The notes under the pieces were generated by a model. The model saw only the letters and a program-made list of their open reading frames with translations. It was not told the origin of the DNA and ran no database searches. From assembly GCF_004010195.1 (NCBI RefSeq), contig NC_057719.1:3225512-3289511 (forward strand): 64,000 bases of DNA, written 5' to 3'. Each line of letters starts with the position of its first letter. Position 1 is the stretch's first letter. Positions 51,040-64,000 of this stretch are shown in pieces. This stretch comes from Chiloscyllium plagiosum (taxonomy: Eukaryota). The translations under genes and the position numbers were made by a program.

Positions 51040-51438
51040 AATCATAGAGTTCATGGGGTTGTGCAACACAGAAACAGACCCTTTGTCCAACCCGTCCATG
51101 CCGACCAGATATCTTAACCTAATCTGGTCCCATTTGCCAGTATTTGGCCCATATCCCTCCAAACCCTTCCTATTCATATACCCATCCAGATGCCTTTAAA
51201 TGCTGTAGTTGTACCAGCCTCCACCACTTCCTCTGGCAGCTCATTCCATATACACCACCCTCTGCAAGAAAAAGTTGCCCCTTAGGTCCCTTTTAAACCT
51301 TTCCCCTCTCACCCTAAACCTATGCCCTCTAGTTTTGGACTCCCGCACCCAAGGGAAAAGCCGTTATTTGGTTACTCTACCCATGCGCCGCATGATTTTA
51401 TAAACCTCTGTAAGGCCACCCCTCAGTCTCTGACACGC
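51040..51438 (-). mobile_element. CR1 (HER1-like) 3' fragment
   Basis: Same sequence family as 17840-18345 and 33716-34110. Confidence 0.8.
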
Positions 51439-51439
51439 C

Positions 51440-53600
51440 AGTTGTGGCTTGGCTACCCTTTCCAAGGCTGACCCTTTTGTAAAAGTTGATGCCAAGGTGC
51501 CAGGATGGAGGCCAGGTTACAGATGAACTTTCCAAAATAATTCACCAGCTCATGGGAAGTCCTCAGCTAGTGGGAGCTGGGGCATCTTTGTTTGCCCTCA
51601 CATTATCTTCCAGTAGTGTAACCAGGCTGTGCTCACTCTGTCGCCCAAGAAGGTCACCCAGGGTGCCCGGAACACACATCTTTTTCCCTCCTAAGGTGTA
51701 TGCCTACCTTGAGGAAACATTTGAACACTATGTCCAAGCTCTTCCCTGTCATTAGCACATTCACTCAAGAAATGGCAACCTGGGGTAGACCTTGTAAAAT
51801 GTTCTCTCTCGTCCACTGAAAAATGATACAGGCTGATGATACCACAGATGGAAGTCTTGTCTTTTGTCCAAACCCTAGGGTATTAACTGTAGCATACTCC
51901 TGGGAATCCTCATCTAACCGCAGTTGCAAAAACACATGGCTTATATCCAGCTCCCTGAAGGACAGCCCCCTGCCAGCTCTGGGTGTAAATCCTCAATGAG
52001 AGGGATTGGGTATTTATCCAGCTGTGAAAAGTGGTTTAACATTTGTTTAAAATCTCCATAAAGGTACACTGACCTGTAGGGCTTCACAATCAGTGAGACC
52101 GGTGCAGCCCATTCCATAAACTAGACAGGTTTGATGGTCCTTTAACTTCCCAGCCTCCTGATTTCTGCCTCTACTTTTGTTCATAAGACAAATGGCCTTG
52201 CAGAATCAGGGAATTACTTCCTGGTCAACATTCAAGGTCAACATGTCAGGTCAACATGGTGGCCTTGGCTCCTTTGATAGTCCCTGGACCTTCCTGAAAA
52301 ACATCTGGATATTTAATTAGGACTTCACTCGGGCAGCCATTTTCTAATGGAAAAACAATGAACCAATCAAGGTGAACCTTTCCCAATCAGCTTTGCCCCA
52401 TCAAGCTTGGGCCCAATAGCTTTACTACAAACAGTGGTAAATGAACCAGCTGCTTCTCATAAGGGACTGGAACCTGAAGCAAAACCCTTAATGTGTAAAA
52501 TTGCCCCAACATAGGTTCTCAGTCCGGCAGAGGTCTTACACAAATCCAAGTGTTAGAGTGCAGAGTGAATTTTGTTAAAGACAGTTCCTGCAATCATTGA
52601 AACGGCCACAAGTATCGACCTCCATTAGAACCAGGTGGCCATTTAACCAGATGTTTATTTTGACTGGTTCTGATTTGAGTGTTACTAAGCAACTTAATTG
52701 TTCCAAACCAGATGTAGGTGGGCTTTCCAGTGTGCAGTCTCCTGAGTCCTATGAGTCCCCTTACTCCATTTAAGTCTAGTGGGATTATTTTGCTGTCTTG
52801 AGTCCACATTCCAGCAGCAACTATCATGGCGTGCTAGTCTGGATCTTGAAGAAAATATTAACCGTTTGGCCGAGGCTTGGCTTTGTTTTGGGGTTTGCCG
52901 TGGGCTGACCTAGAGTCCCTGTGCTCAGTATATGTCCTGAGTTAGTCAATGCAATTGCCTCACTCAAGTGGTGCTCCCCAAGCACAGTCAGACCGGCAAG
53001 AGTGTACACTTAACATTGGAAACTCACATGCTCCACTTGCAGTTTCCAATGGTAATGCCATGGTGTCTGTTTGAAGTCCAGTAGGGCTTCAGCTACTGGG
53101 TGCTTTTGTATGGTTACATCATTAATCCCACCAAACAGTCTCCTAGCATCACATTATGGGTTAAGCCAAAGTTGCATGCCTCTATTTTAACCTCATCAAA
53201 AATCCTGGTATGGATTCCCTTGGTTCTCGAATTGCTGAGTAAAACCGATAGCATCTCAGAATTAGAGGATGTTTGGAGTCGTAATATTCCTTAAATAAAT
53301 CCGTCACCTCTTGAAAGGTTTCAGTATTTGGTACCTCAGGGAAAGTCAGGCTCCTAATAACTTAAAAAGCTACATGTCCACAAGCTGTCTGGAGAACTAC
53401 TCTTTACATCTATCCTAATGTCATTTGTCCAAAAGAGATAACACATTCTTTCCACATACTGGGCCATCTTCAATGGTAGGATCAAGTGAGTCAAACTTCC
53501 AAAATAACGACATGATGCTAGAAACACTTACCCCCAACTCATAGATGACTGTTGTGAGTGAATGTCTTTACACAGCTCTCCCAATTTTCATCTGCAAACT
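51440..53600 (-). mobile_element. Degenerate Gypsy-type LTR element (gag-protease-RT region)
   Basis: Minus strand reads GKFICNLASILAPWHQLLQKG (RT/RH junction), CGDFKQ..N, YPIP, LLGPSLMG-like, and gag-like sequence near 53000-53500. Confidence 0.65.
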
Positions 53601-53639
53601 TACTAATCAGGACACCGACATTTTCATCCAAGTAATTTT

Positions 53640-54155
53640 TATATCATACAAACTGCAGATCCTCATAGATCACCACTGATCACAGTCAGAAAAACACCCC
53701 TCCACAACTACCCTCTCTCCTATGACAAAGCCAATTATGTCTGCAACTTCTCAACTCATTGTGGATCCCATGTGACTTAATGTTCTGGACTAACCATAAA
53801 GGACCTTGTCAAATGCTTTAGTAAAGTCAGTGTAGACAATAAGTGTGGTGCTGCAAAAGCACAGCTGGCCAGCCAGCATCCGAGGAGCAGGAGAGTCAAC
53901 ATTTCGAGCTGATGTAGAGCTTATATAAGGCTCGCTGGCCTATAAATTCTTGGATTATCCCTAATGCCCTTCTTGAATAATGTTGGCCATTCATCCATCT
54001 CTGGGACGTCAACTGTGGCTAAAGCTATCACAAAGATCTTTGACAAAGCCCCCAACCATCTCCTCCCTCAGTATGCTGGGATGGATTCCATTAGGCCCTG
54101 GGGACTTACTGCTTTTCGAGACACCCAACACTCCCTCCTTCTTAATATGTTGTCA
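53640..54155 (-). mobile_element. Degenerate CR1 RT fragment with small PLE tail insert (~53840-53910)
   Basis: Reverse complement of DF.KAFDKV and KSPGP.GIHP motifs. Confidence 0.6.
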
Positions 54156-56259
54156 GTTCAAACCCAAGTTTCGAGCCTTGAACACATTCTCCCAGTATTG
54201 TACTGGGAAGCATGCCCGATCAGAGGACACGGTTTTTTAAAGAATTTTTAAGTCTAAACCTAACCTGCCATTTTCGTATTTAAAGAATGATATGATTTGA
54301 CAGTTATCCCCTGACCAACATCCTGGAAATCAGATTATATCGGCATTATCACATTGTGGGAGTTTGCTGTCTACTGTATGTGGTGCTTTTTCTAATGTTC
54401 CAACAGTGACTATATTTCAAAAGTGCTTTGGGATATCTCTGTATGGGTCTAAAGATTAATACCTGATTGTGTGCAGCAAGCATTACAATCTATGACAGCA
54501 TCATGAGGACTTGATCAGAGTAAAGAAGGAGATTATTGAGAACAGACCTGCACCTTGGCGTTTTCTTCACTGTCTCTGTGACACCTTACATTATATTCAC
54601 CCAATCAGTAAACAATTACATTAATGCAATAAACTTCCTTCTGTTATTCAACAAGAATCTTCTATTTAAACCCAAAAAGTGACAATCTTCATCCATGCTG
54701 GACCATGTCAGGCACACAACAATCGTGAGATTGGGAAGGATGCTATATCAATGCAAGTTCTTACTTTAATCTTTCATCCACTGATCTTCAACCAATTTAA
54801 ACTTTGAAAGTTTCTGACTCCATCCCGACACTTGACATATGACCGGGATGAATAAGCCTTTATAAACAGACACTCACAGATAAATGAAGCAAGCCTACAA
54901 AATCACAGCAAGAAACCATTAGCCCAATGTGTCCATGCCAGCGCATGAACCTATTACCCACTTAATCTCACTCCCACTGACCCCATTCCCTGTATCGTTT
55001 CTATTTTGAGTAATTATCCAAGTCTGTTTGGAAAAATGTCATTTACTCTACCTTTTCAACTGTACTTTGTAAATTGTGCATGTTTTAAGAATCTGTACTT
55101 GACGGGAGATTACAAGTTTACTATCAGATAGTGTGACTCGAAGATCAAGCTTAAAGGATTGTATCCTTAAACCTCCACACTTGTGTGATCGCTAAGCCAA
55201 ACTTACTCTTCCAAATCTGACTAATGTACATTCTGGTAAAACTGTGAGGACATTAGAAAACAGGATGATTCCTGTGAGTACAAGATTCATGTAGAAATAA
55301 CAAGGGGTCAGTTGAAATGAGCAGGATGACTTTATGATGAGTCTCGGTCCTATTTTGCAGCAGTGTAAGGTCAGGTGTGATTTAGAAAAGTGAACTCTTT
55401 CCATGTACCGCATCAGTTTTCCAGCACTTAGACTCCAAATAAAGAAATGTCAGGAGCACAGAGCTCTTTAGAATCTGTTTCAAAGCTAACTGAGTTGAGC
55501 AAGATAGAGATTTATGGAGTGTGTCATGTCTGTACAAAGCAGGAAGGAGCCAATGTAACTTAGGAATAGTTTAGCAATTTAGACAGAGTCCAATGTGTGA
55601 TGTTCACAAACTGTTTGGAAAGAGAGAATTTATTTAGCCAGCTGTTTGTGTTAATCAAGCCAACAGGATTATCCTCTCCTTGATGGGAAAGTGGTCTAAA
55701 AGATAAATCTCACACGATTCCTTTTCCTAGATCTCCAGCCCAGGCCTCCCAAGTTTAATTCCAAGACCTCATTTAGCTCCTTGGTCAAGATAACCCGGGT
55801 CCATCCGAACAAAACAAAACTGACTTTCCCTGGCTCAGACTCAACTGAGTGGGAGAGGGGCATTTGGAGGCACTCACTGGGTCATATGGCACAGTTGCAA
55901 TGCCAGAACTTTAGCATTCTAGAGGATGCCAGCTCTAGAATCAGACAGTGGGTAAGGCCGGGGAGAAGGTAGTGGGATTGGAATAGGACGAGGGATTGGG
56001 CTACAGGTGAGGCAGCGTTGGGAATCGGGTGGAATAGACCAATAGAACTGGTGACAACATTGGAATAATTGATCATTGATGGAGTTGGGAATGCAACAAG
56101 GATAGGAATAGACTCTATATTTATAAATGAATAAAATGCTGGAGCAGAGGCCAATCAATGAGTTTAAATTGGACAGGTTGCGAATCGAGGCGATGGGGGA
56201 GAGAGGTGGGATATGGGTCAGGAGCCAACTGGTGGGATGTGAATAGATCAAGGACTTGG

Positions 56260-57422
56260 ACAGACAATAGACAATAGACAAAAGACAATAGATGCAGGAG
56301 TAGGCCATTCCGCCCCTCGAGCCAGCACCACCATTCATTATGATCATGGCTGACCATCCTCAGTCAGTATCCTGTTCCTGCCTTATCCCCATAACCCTTG
56401 ATTCCACTATCCTTAAGAGCTCTATCCAACTCTTTCTTGAAAGTATCCAGAGACCTGGCCTCCAAAGCCTTCTGGGCAGAGCATTCCATACACCCACCAC
56501 TCTCTGGGTGAAGNNNNNNNNNNNNNNNNNNNNNNNNNNNNNNNNNNNNNNNNNNNNNNNNNNNNNNNNNNNNNNNNNNNNNNNNNNNNNNNNNNNNNNN
56601 NNNNNNNNNNNNNNNNNNNNNNNNNNNNNNNNNNNNNNNNNNNNNNNNNNNNNNNNNNNNNNNNNNNNNNNNNNNNNNNNNNNNNNNNNNNNNNNNNNNN
56701 NNNNNNNNNNNNNNNNNNNNNNNNNNNNNNNNNNNNNNNNNNNNNNNNNNNNNNNNNNNNNNNNNNNNNNNNNNNNNNNNNNNNNNNNNNNNNNNNNNNA
56801 TTGATTCCATTTAGGTCGTAATCTGCCTTCCTGTTCTTGCCACCAAAGTGGATAACCATACATTTATCCACATTAAACTGCATCTGCCATGCATCTGTCC
56901 ACTCACCTAACCTGCCCAGGTCACCCTGTAATCTCCTAATATCCTCCTCACATTTCACTCTGCCACCCAGCTTAGTATCATCAGAAAATTTGCTAATATT
57001 ACTTTTAATGCCATCATCTATATCATTAATGTATATTGTAAAAAGCTGTGGTCCCAGCACTGATCCCTGCACTACCCCGCTGGTCACCGCCTGGCATTCC
57101 AAAAGGGAGCCGTTTGTCACTACTCTTTGTTTCCTGTCAGCCAACCAATTTTCAATCCAAGTCAGTACGTTGCCCCTAATACCATGTGCCCTAATTTTGC
57201 TCACGAACCTCCTATGTGGGACTTTATCAAAGACTTTCTGAAAGTCCAGGTACACTACATCCACTGGATCTCCCTCGTCCATCTTCAGAGTTACATCCTC
57301 AAAAATTCCAGAAGATTAGTCAAGCATGATTTCCCCTTCATAAATCCATGCTGACTCTGACCTATCCTGTTACTGCTATCCAGATGTGTCGTAATTTCAT
57401 CCTTTATAATTGACTCCAGCAT
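56260..57422 (-). mobile_element. CR1 LINE RT and 3' end, spanning a gap
   Basis: ORF 56422..57282 reads YLDFQKVFDKVPH, QGSVLGPQLF, KFSDDTKL. The (agacaat)n tail lies at 56260-56292. Confidence 0.9.
56514..56799. other. Assembly gap
   Basis: N run. Confidence 1.
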
Positions 57423-58229
57423 CCAGCGCGGGATGTTTTTGGAAAAGATCATGCCAGACAAATGGAACAAATACTGGTGGAAACAGACATTAAAATACTT
57501 GTGGGATAAACAGAAGGATACAGATGGGACAGACAATGGATTTTGTTGGAGCAGACAAAGGGATAGCTGTGAAATAAACATTGACACAGAGGGATATGAG
57601 CTGAAAGAACAATGTGTATGGGTGATCCAGATAGACTCTGGATGGAGTTTTGTGAGACAAAGATAATGCAAGCATTAGGTATGTCACAAAAACATAACCA
57701 AGAAGGGTGACTAGTCTCATTGGTAGCTCTGCTTTCTCTCCATCAGATGCTTGTGTTTCAGATCTCTAAAATCCTCAGTTCTTTGATTTACATTGGATTC
57801 GTAATTCTCAATCTCAAACCATGGGCCGCAAATAGAAGATGGTCACGAATAACTCCAATAAGAAATTTAGACCACGCTTCTTTTCCCGAGAGTGGATTGT
57901 GGAACGCACTACTCCGTGGAATAATTGAGGCAAATCAATTGGACACTTCACTGGGCAGTTCGCCTCACACACACGGGAGAAAGAGTATGTTCTTCACAGG
58001 GTTAGAGGGAGTCAGTGGGAGGGTGTTTGTGAGGAGCCAACACAGTAGGCACTGTTGTGAAGAAGTGTTTGTTATTGAGCTGGAAATACACCATTACTCA
58101 TGTAAGGACACGGAGCTGTTACTTTCCCTCGTGTCTCTGTTTAAACACCATTAGTTTTATTGGAGGATGGGGCTCATTAATGAATGTAAATTGCACTTCC
58201 TGATGTTTCTGCGAACTCTTTTCACCTTA

Positions 58230-58416
58230 AGCCGCCAGTCTCAGAGGACTATAGCACTGCTCTTTCATTAGACAGATGCGACTGGTGGTGGTTTACCTGA
58301 GGGTCACCACGCCTTGGGCAAGGGGAGAGGTTGAGAAGGAGAATCCTCACAGTAATCTCAGCCGGTGTGGGAACCGAACCCTACTGTTGGCATTGCAGCT
58401 CTCCAGCCAACTGAGC
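58230..58416 (-). mobile_element. tRNA-derived SINE (family of 3110-3280)
   Basis: Minus strand reads gctcagttggctggagagc...gggttcggttcccacaccggctgag. Confidence 0.6.
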
Positions 58417-59418
58417 ATTTCCTCTCATCATAAAGTCCTCAGAGTGGGATGGCCAGCCCATGCCATGGGGATGATGAGAGCTGTCGTTGGTAAACAGGGA
58501 GAAACTATTCTCGGTGGAGTCAGGAGGTGTAGTTCTTCTCTGAGCCCAACATGAGCAGTCCTCTGCCACCCAGCTTCCCAAAGCCCTCAATGGCTCCTTA
58601 AAACACAACCCAGTTACCTCTCTAACCCCTGGTCATATCTTGCTGCTCTATCCTGAAGGGTAGAGGCCAAGACTGAGCTGGGGCCTGCCCTTGCTCATGT
58701 GATGGTGACTGCAGAAGCTATCATAGGTTGTTCCTCCAAAATGGAACACTTGCCTAAGATTGACATCCACTGAAAAAAGGCTAAAGGTCAAAGATGATGA
58801 GCAATGGTTGAAAGAGTGAGGCGCTGGAGGAGGTGGTATCCAAAGAATTGGAAAATGGAAATAATGGCGGATGGGAAAGTGCAGGGAGAATTCTCCCAAC
58901 CTTTTCCCACCTTTGTCTGACTCCACATTGGTTTTGAATTATGGGAATTACAGAAGGATGGCAGAAAGGGTGAGGAGGGAAAGGTCATTCTTTAAAGAAG
59001 AAATTGATATTTGAGATAATCTTGCTGCCATTTGACCCGAGACTTGAAACTGTGGGATGAAGAATCAAGCAGAAACCTTTTATCATCCATCAGGGTTGCC
59101 CATTGTGTTTCAATGTGTTCCTGGAGATTTTATACCATAGTCTCTCACCCCTAACTGCCCCACCCAATCAAACAGTCTCTCTTTTCCTACTATTTCCTCA
59201 ATGTTGTTTGGATTGGCAGTTAGGTAGTACAGTACAAAACTTGAGTGCTGCCCATCGAATTCAAACAAAACTTAGCAGTTAATTGTCAGTCATCGGTAGC
59301 CAGTGCATTCTCCATGTCAATGCCTTCATAATCAGAGTCTTCCCAACTATTCAGCTCTATCCTTTTGAGCAATGCAGAAATTGTTCTCCCTTTACATTGG
59401 CACTTCTTGTGAATTGTC

Positions 59419-60240
59419 TGTGATGGACTAGACCAGACCCCCTCAAAATATTTCTAGAAATTAGCCCAGACTCTAAATTTGCTAACTGTTTTCAGCAGGT
59501 GGAAAGGGGATATTCCAGGAAAGATGCAGCTGGTCAAACCAATTAGATTTAAATAAAACAGATTTTATTTACAAGATGACCAAATGAAACACAAACAAAA
59601 ACGAATACAACACAAAATAACTGAACCTCTCCGAAAACCCAGATTACTTTAAGTACATTTAAGTCGCCATTGGACAGGCATATGGACGTACATGGAATAG
59701 TGTAGGCTGGATGGGCTTCAGATTGGTATGACAGGTCGGCGCAACATTGAGGGCCGAAGGGCCTGTACTACGCTGTAATGGCCTATGTTCTATGTTCTAT
59801 CTCAAATTAATGATGCTGTTCATTTAAGTCGCCATTGGACAAGCATATGGACGTACATGGAATAGTGTAGGTTAGATGGGCTTCAGATTGGTATGACAAG
59901 TCGGCGCAACATCGAGGGCCGAAGGGCCTGTACTACGCTGTAATGGTCTATGTTCTATGTTCTATCTCGAATTAATGATGCTGTTCCAAATTCCTGCAAC
60001 AATCCCTGTGAACACCCCTTGGCACACAAGGTGAAATCAAACACAGGGTCTTACAGGAGGAAGAGAGAGAGATGGTAGAGAGAATCAGCCTGGAAATACC
60101 TTCTTCCTTGGAGCTGTTTCTTGGTCCAGCAGCCTCCCACCGCCTGACTGCTTTCAGTGAACAGCCAGACAGCCAGAGACCAAACCAAACCAACCCAGAG
60201 ATAAGCTGAGTTGGGAGAACTGGCCATGCCCCTTTCATAT
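59419..60240 (-). mobile_element. Solo-LTR-like sequence related to the Gmr1 LTRs, containing a duplicated CR1 tail
   Basis: Starts tgtgatggactagaccagacccc, like tgtcatggactaagccagaccac at 50186, and shares the tttatttacaa...caatgaaacacaaa block. No internal ORFs. Confidence 0.65.
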
Positions 60241-60859
60241 AAAATCAAATGTTTCAACAAAACTTTTCACTAATTCTTTAGAATCGTCAAAAATACAGAG
60301 GGCAGTGTAAATATGACAAGCAAAGTTAAAAGACATTACAATTTTTGTCATTTTTCTGTCAAATTATTTGCTTGCACCAATGACCTGGAGATTAATTTCA
60401 AATTCCAGATCTTTCCATGGCAATCCTAATAGGATGGGAATTGAAAGCCATGACTGATGGGATCCAGACTCACAGTCAAGTGTAGTGCGAATTATAAATT
60501 TGTCTGAGGATCAGGAGGAGTAGCAGTTAAAATGGGTCGAATAGATTTAGGTCTTCATTGTCCTGTACCTGGAACTAGTGTAAATGTTGCCAACTCCAGG
60601 AAACCTCCAGTACCCCCAGCAGTGTGTCAGAATTGAAGATCAGTTTCCAATACACTGCCCTAAGCAAATATAACATCATAAAGACCAGGAGCATGAGGCC
60701 ATTCAGCCACTTGAGACTACCCCACTCCAACATGACTGATAGATGCAGAGGGATCTTTATCAAATGGGTCAATGGACTGAAACAAGGCAGATGGAGTTCA
60801 ATCTGAATAAATGTGAGGCATTTCAATTTGCTAAAACAAACAAATCAAGATAGATGAAT

Positions 60860-62130
60860 CCCCAGGGAGGGACCATCTTGAACATTCCCTCCCCTTCCTG
60901 GACTTCTCCATCTCCATCTCTGGCGACCGACTAACTACTATGAACCTACCGACTCCCACATCTACTTGGACTACCCCTCCTCCCACCCTGCCCCGCCAAA
61001 AAACACCATCCCTTATTCCCAATTTCTCCGCCTCTGCTGCATGTGTTCCCAGGATGACCAATTCCACCATAGAAAATCTCGGATGGCCTCCTTCCTCAAA
61101 GATCACAATTTCCCCTCTCACGTGGTCGACGATGCCCTCTAGTGCATGTCCGCCACTTCCTGCACTTCTGCTCTTGAACCCCGCCCCTCCAATCGCAACA
61201 AGGACAGAACCCCCTGGTCCTCACCTTTCACCCCACCAACCTCCGCATGCGTTGCATCATCCTCCACCATTTCCACTACCTACAAGCAGACCCCACCACT
61301 AGAGATATATTTCCCTCCCCACCCCTATCAGCATTCCATAGAGACTATCCTCTCCACGACTCTCTTGTCAGATCCACGCATCCCCTCCCCCTACCCCTAG
61401 CCCACACCCACTCCCGGCACCTTTCCCTACCACTGCAGAAATTGCAAAACCTGTGCCCATACCTCCCCCCTCACCTCTGTCCCAGGCCGCAAAGGAGCCT
61501 TCCACATCCAACAGAAATTTACTTGTACTGCTCCCAATCTCATCTACTGCATCCGTTACAACCAGTGTGGTCTCCTTTACATCGGGGAGACAGGACACCT
61601 TCTTGTGGATCATTTCAGAGAACATCTCTGTGACACCAGACCCACCAAACCCACCACTGAACACTTCAACTCCCCTGCCCACTTCACCAAAATTATGCAG
61701 ACCATGGGCCTCCTCCATCACCAAACCCTAACCACCTGACACCTGGAGGAAGAATGCCTCATATTCCGCCTTGGGAACCCTCCAACCATGCGGGATAAAT
61801 GTGGATTTCACTAGTTTTCTCATTTCCCCTCCCCACACCTTATCCCAGTCCCAAGCCTCAAACCCGGCACCACCCTCCTGACCCATTGTCTTTCCCATCT
61901 AACTGCTCCACCCTCCTCTCCGACCTATCACCTTCTCCCTCACCTCCATCTACCCTGTCACATTCCCAGCTACCTTTCCCCCAACCCCCCCCCCCATTTA
62001 TCTCTCAGCCTCCCGGCCCACAAACCTCATTCCTGATGAAGGGCTGATGCCTGAAACGATGACTCTCCTGCTCCTTGGATGCTGCCTGACCTGTTGTGCT
62101 TTTCCAGCACCACACTCTCGACTCTACCCT
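60860..62130 (+). mobile_element. PLE 3' fragment (RT C-terminus, GIY-YIG, terminal repeat with decayed hammerhead at 62033-62060)
   Basis: IPYSQFLRL, LIYCIRYNQCGLLYIGETG, and CTGATGA-a-gggc(tgat)gcct-GAAAC-GAT. Confidence 0.85.
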
Positions 62131-63184
62131 CTGAGAGGGCAATTCGGGATGGCCAACAAATCCCAGGGACGCCCATGCCTGAATGAATAACAAACAGGAT
62201 GGAAAACCTAGTGCAGCCCTGTTCAAGTATTCCTCAGGAACTTCAGCTTTGTCAGGAACAGACAAATTGTCAACAACAAAAAAGCCCAAGAGTCAACCGA
62301 CGATAAATCACCAGGATTAGTTTTGGTTGAGGATTAATGGGTTGGATTAACAAGTAGTGTGAACGCTGCAGGGCATCAATCCAAAGCCTTGCACACATTT
62401 CCTTGACGGAGCCTCATCAAACACACAGTAAATCTGTGTTTTTACTGAGTTTGTTTTTTGCTGGGGTTGAAAAGTGATAGAAATGTGCTGTTGGGTTCAG
62501 CTAAGAGCTGCAACTAGTCTGAGAGAGTTCTAACATGGCCCCATTTGTTTCAGCAAGTTGATGGTGTGCGTGCATTCATGAAATTGTGAGGAAATGAAAG
62601 GAGATTGATCAGCCCCTCATGCCCCGGCCGGTCGCCCAATGAGTGTTTTGATTCAGTGCCATTTTCCCACCTTTCCCCCTCCCCCCTCCCCCCCCCCCAA
62701 CACCCTTGCTTTTATTTAAATAATCACCCAATCTCCTCTTGATTGCTTTAGCTAACTCTGCCTCTGCCAGCTTCCAGGCAGTGCATTCCTGACTGAAATA
62801 TTTGGATGAAACCATGTTTTTCCTCACATTGCATTTCTTTATTGAAGTCTGTTTAACTCTGCGCCCTCTCATTCCTGATCCTTTGACAAGCCGGAACAGT
62901 GTCTCCCAGATTTACCCTCTGCAGGGAGTACCTCTCCTATCTATCCACGAAACTGAAGTTTCTCATTCCTGAAACCATTTTGAAAATTGTTTCTGCGCTC
63001 TCTCCACTGAGTTTACATGCTCCCTATAGTGTGGTGCCTAGAACTGTACAGAACACTCCAGTCAAAGTCTAACAAGTGTCCCATACAAATTCAGCGTCAC
63101 CTCTTTGTTCGTAATAATGAAGGCCAGGCTACTGTATGCTTATCATCTGCTGTTTCTGCCTGCCATACCTCCTCAAGGATTGAT

Positions 63185-63325
63185 ACACATAAATTCTTTT
63201 GTTATAAATTCTGTGTCTTATGATCCTGCTTCACTACCACTTGATGAAGGAGTGGCGCTCCGAAGTCTAGTGCTTCCACATAAACCTGTTGGACTATAAC
63301 CTGGTGTTCTGTGATGTTTAACTTC
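63185..63325 (+). mobile_element. PLE terminal fragment with degenerate hammerhead motif
   Basis: ttgatga-a-ggag(tggcg)ctcc-gaag...taaacctgttggactataacctggtg; same family as 9585-9665. Confidence 0.55.
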
Positions 63326-63735
63326 ATGCAAATAAAGACCGAGATCACTCTGCTCCTGTACCATCTTAATTATTGCACGCTGCATTTTCTATTTCTCTGT
63401 CCATATTGCTCTATCCAAAATTGCTCCACACTGAAGTTTACCTGCCATGTGTCTGCCCACTCCATCAACTTGTCAATGTAGGTTTGGAAGTCTACACTAC
63501 CCTCCTCATGAATCACAGTGCTTCCAAGTTCTATCGCGGTGAACTTTGAAATTGTCTTCTGCATCCTAAGATCAAAATCATTCAGGTATGTCAGAAAAGG
63601 CAGGCCTTAGGGAACTTCCCCACAAACCTTCCTCCAACCTGAAAAATACCCACTGGCTATTGATTGCCCTGTTTCTTACTGTTCAGCTCATTTTGTATTC
63701 ATGCTGCTCCTGGCCATTTCATTAACCTTTCATTT

Positions 63736-64000
63736 TAGAATCCCTACAGTGTGGAAACAGGCCCTTCAGCCCAACTAGTCCACACCGACCCTCCGAAGAG
63801 TAACCCACCCAAACCCATTCCCCTACCCTATATTTACCCCTGACTAATGCACCTAACCTGCACATCCCTGAACACTACGGGCAATTTAGCATGGCCAATT
63901 CACCCCAACCTGTACACTTTCGGATTGTGGGAGGAAACCGGAGCACCCGGAGGAAACCCACACAGACACGGGGAGAACATGCAAACTCCACACAGACAGT
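63736..64000 (-). mobile_element. HE1-like V-SINE (runs off window end)
   Basis: Reverse complement of the SINE body seen at 19026-19335. Confidence 0.85.

Noticed and set aside
57433..58154. Trp-rich 77-aa ORF and 144-aa ORF as possible exons of a neighbouring gene such as a bradykinin receptor
   Set aside because: No GPCR or other recognisable motifs, and part resembles a decayed CR1 3' end.

Overview
Eukaryotic, repeat-dominated genomic DNA with four N-gaps. The SINE, CR1 and Penelope families point to a cartilaginous fish, probably a shark (inference). One host coding exon is recognisable: the terminal exon of the small single-pass membrane protein C14orf132 (12311-12535, +), preceded by an intron acceptor and followed by a possibly very long (~12 kb) 3' UTR. 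The rest is mostly decayed and nested retroelements: CR1-group LINEs (two with an SGNH-esterase ORF1), Rex1/Babar-like LINEs, a full-length L1 with a 16-bp target-site duplication (TSD), a Gmr1-type Gypsy element (integrase before RT) flanked by pieces of a second Gypsy, several Penelope-like element (PLE) families, and tRNA-derived SINEs. The main unannotated signal is a dense set of minimal type-I hammerhead ribozyme motifs (CUGANGA, stem II, GAAAC-NUH) in PLE termini. Several sit in tiny (~110-500 bp) insertions with their own 14-16 bp TSDs, and one has its empty site preserved in the sister LTR. All family assignments come from motif recognition, not database searches. Repeat boundaries are approximate unless a TSD is given.
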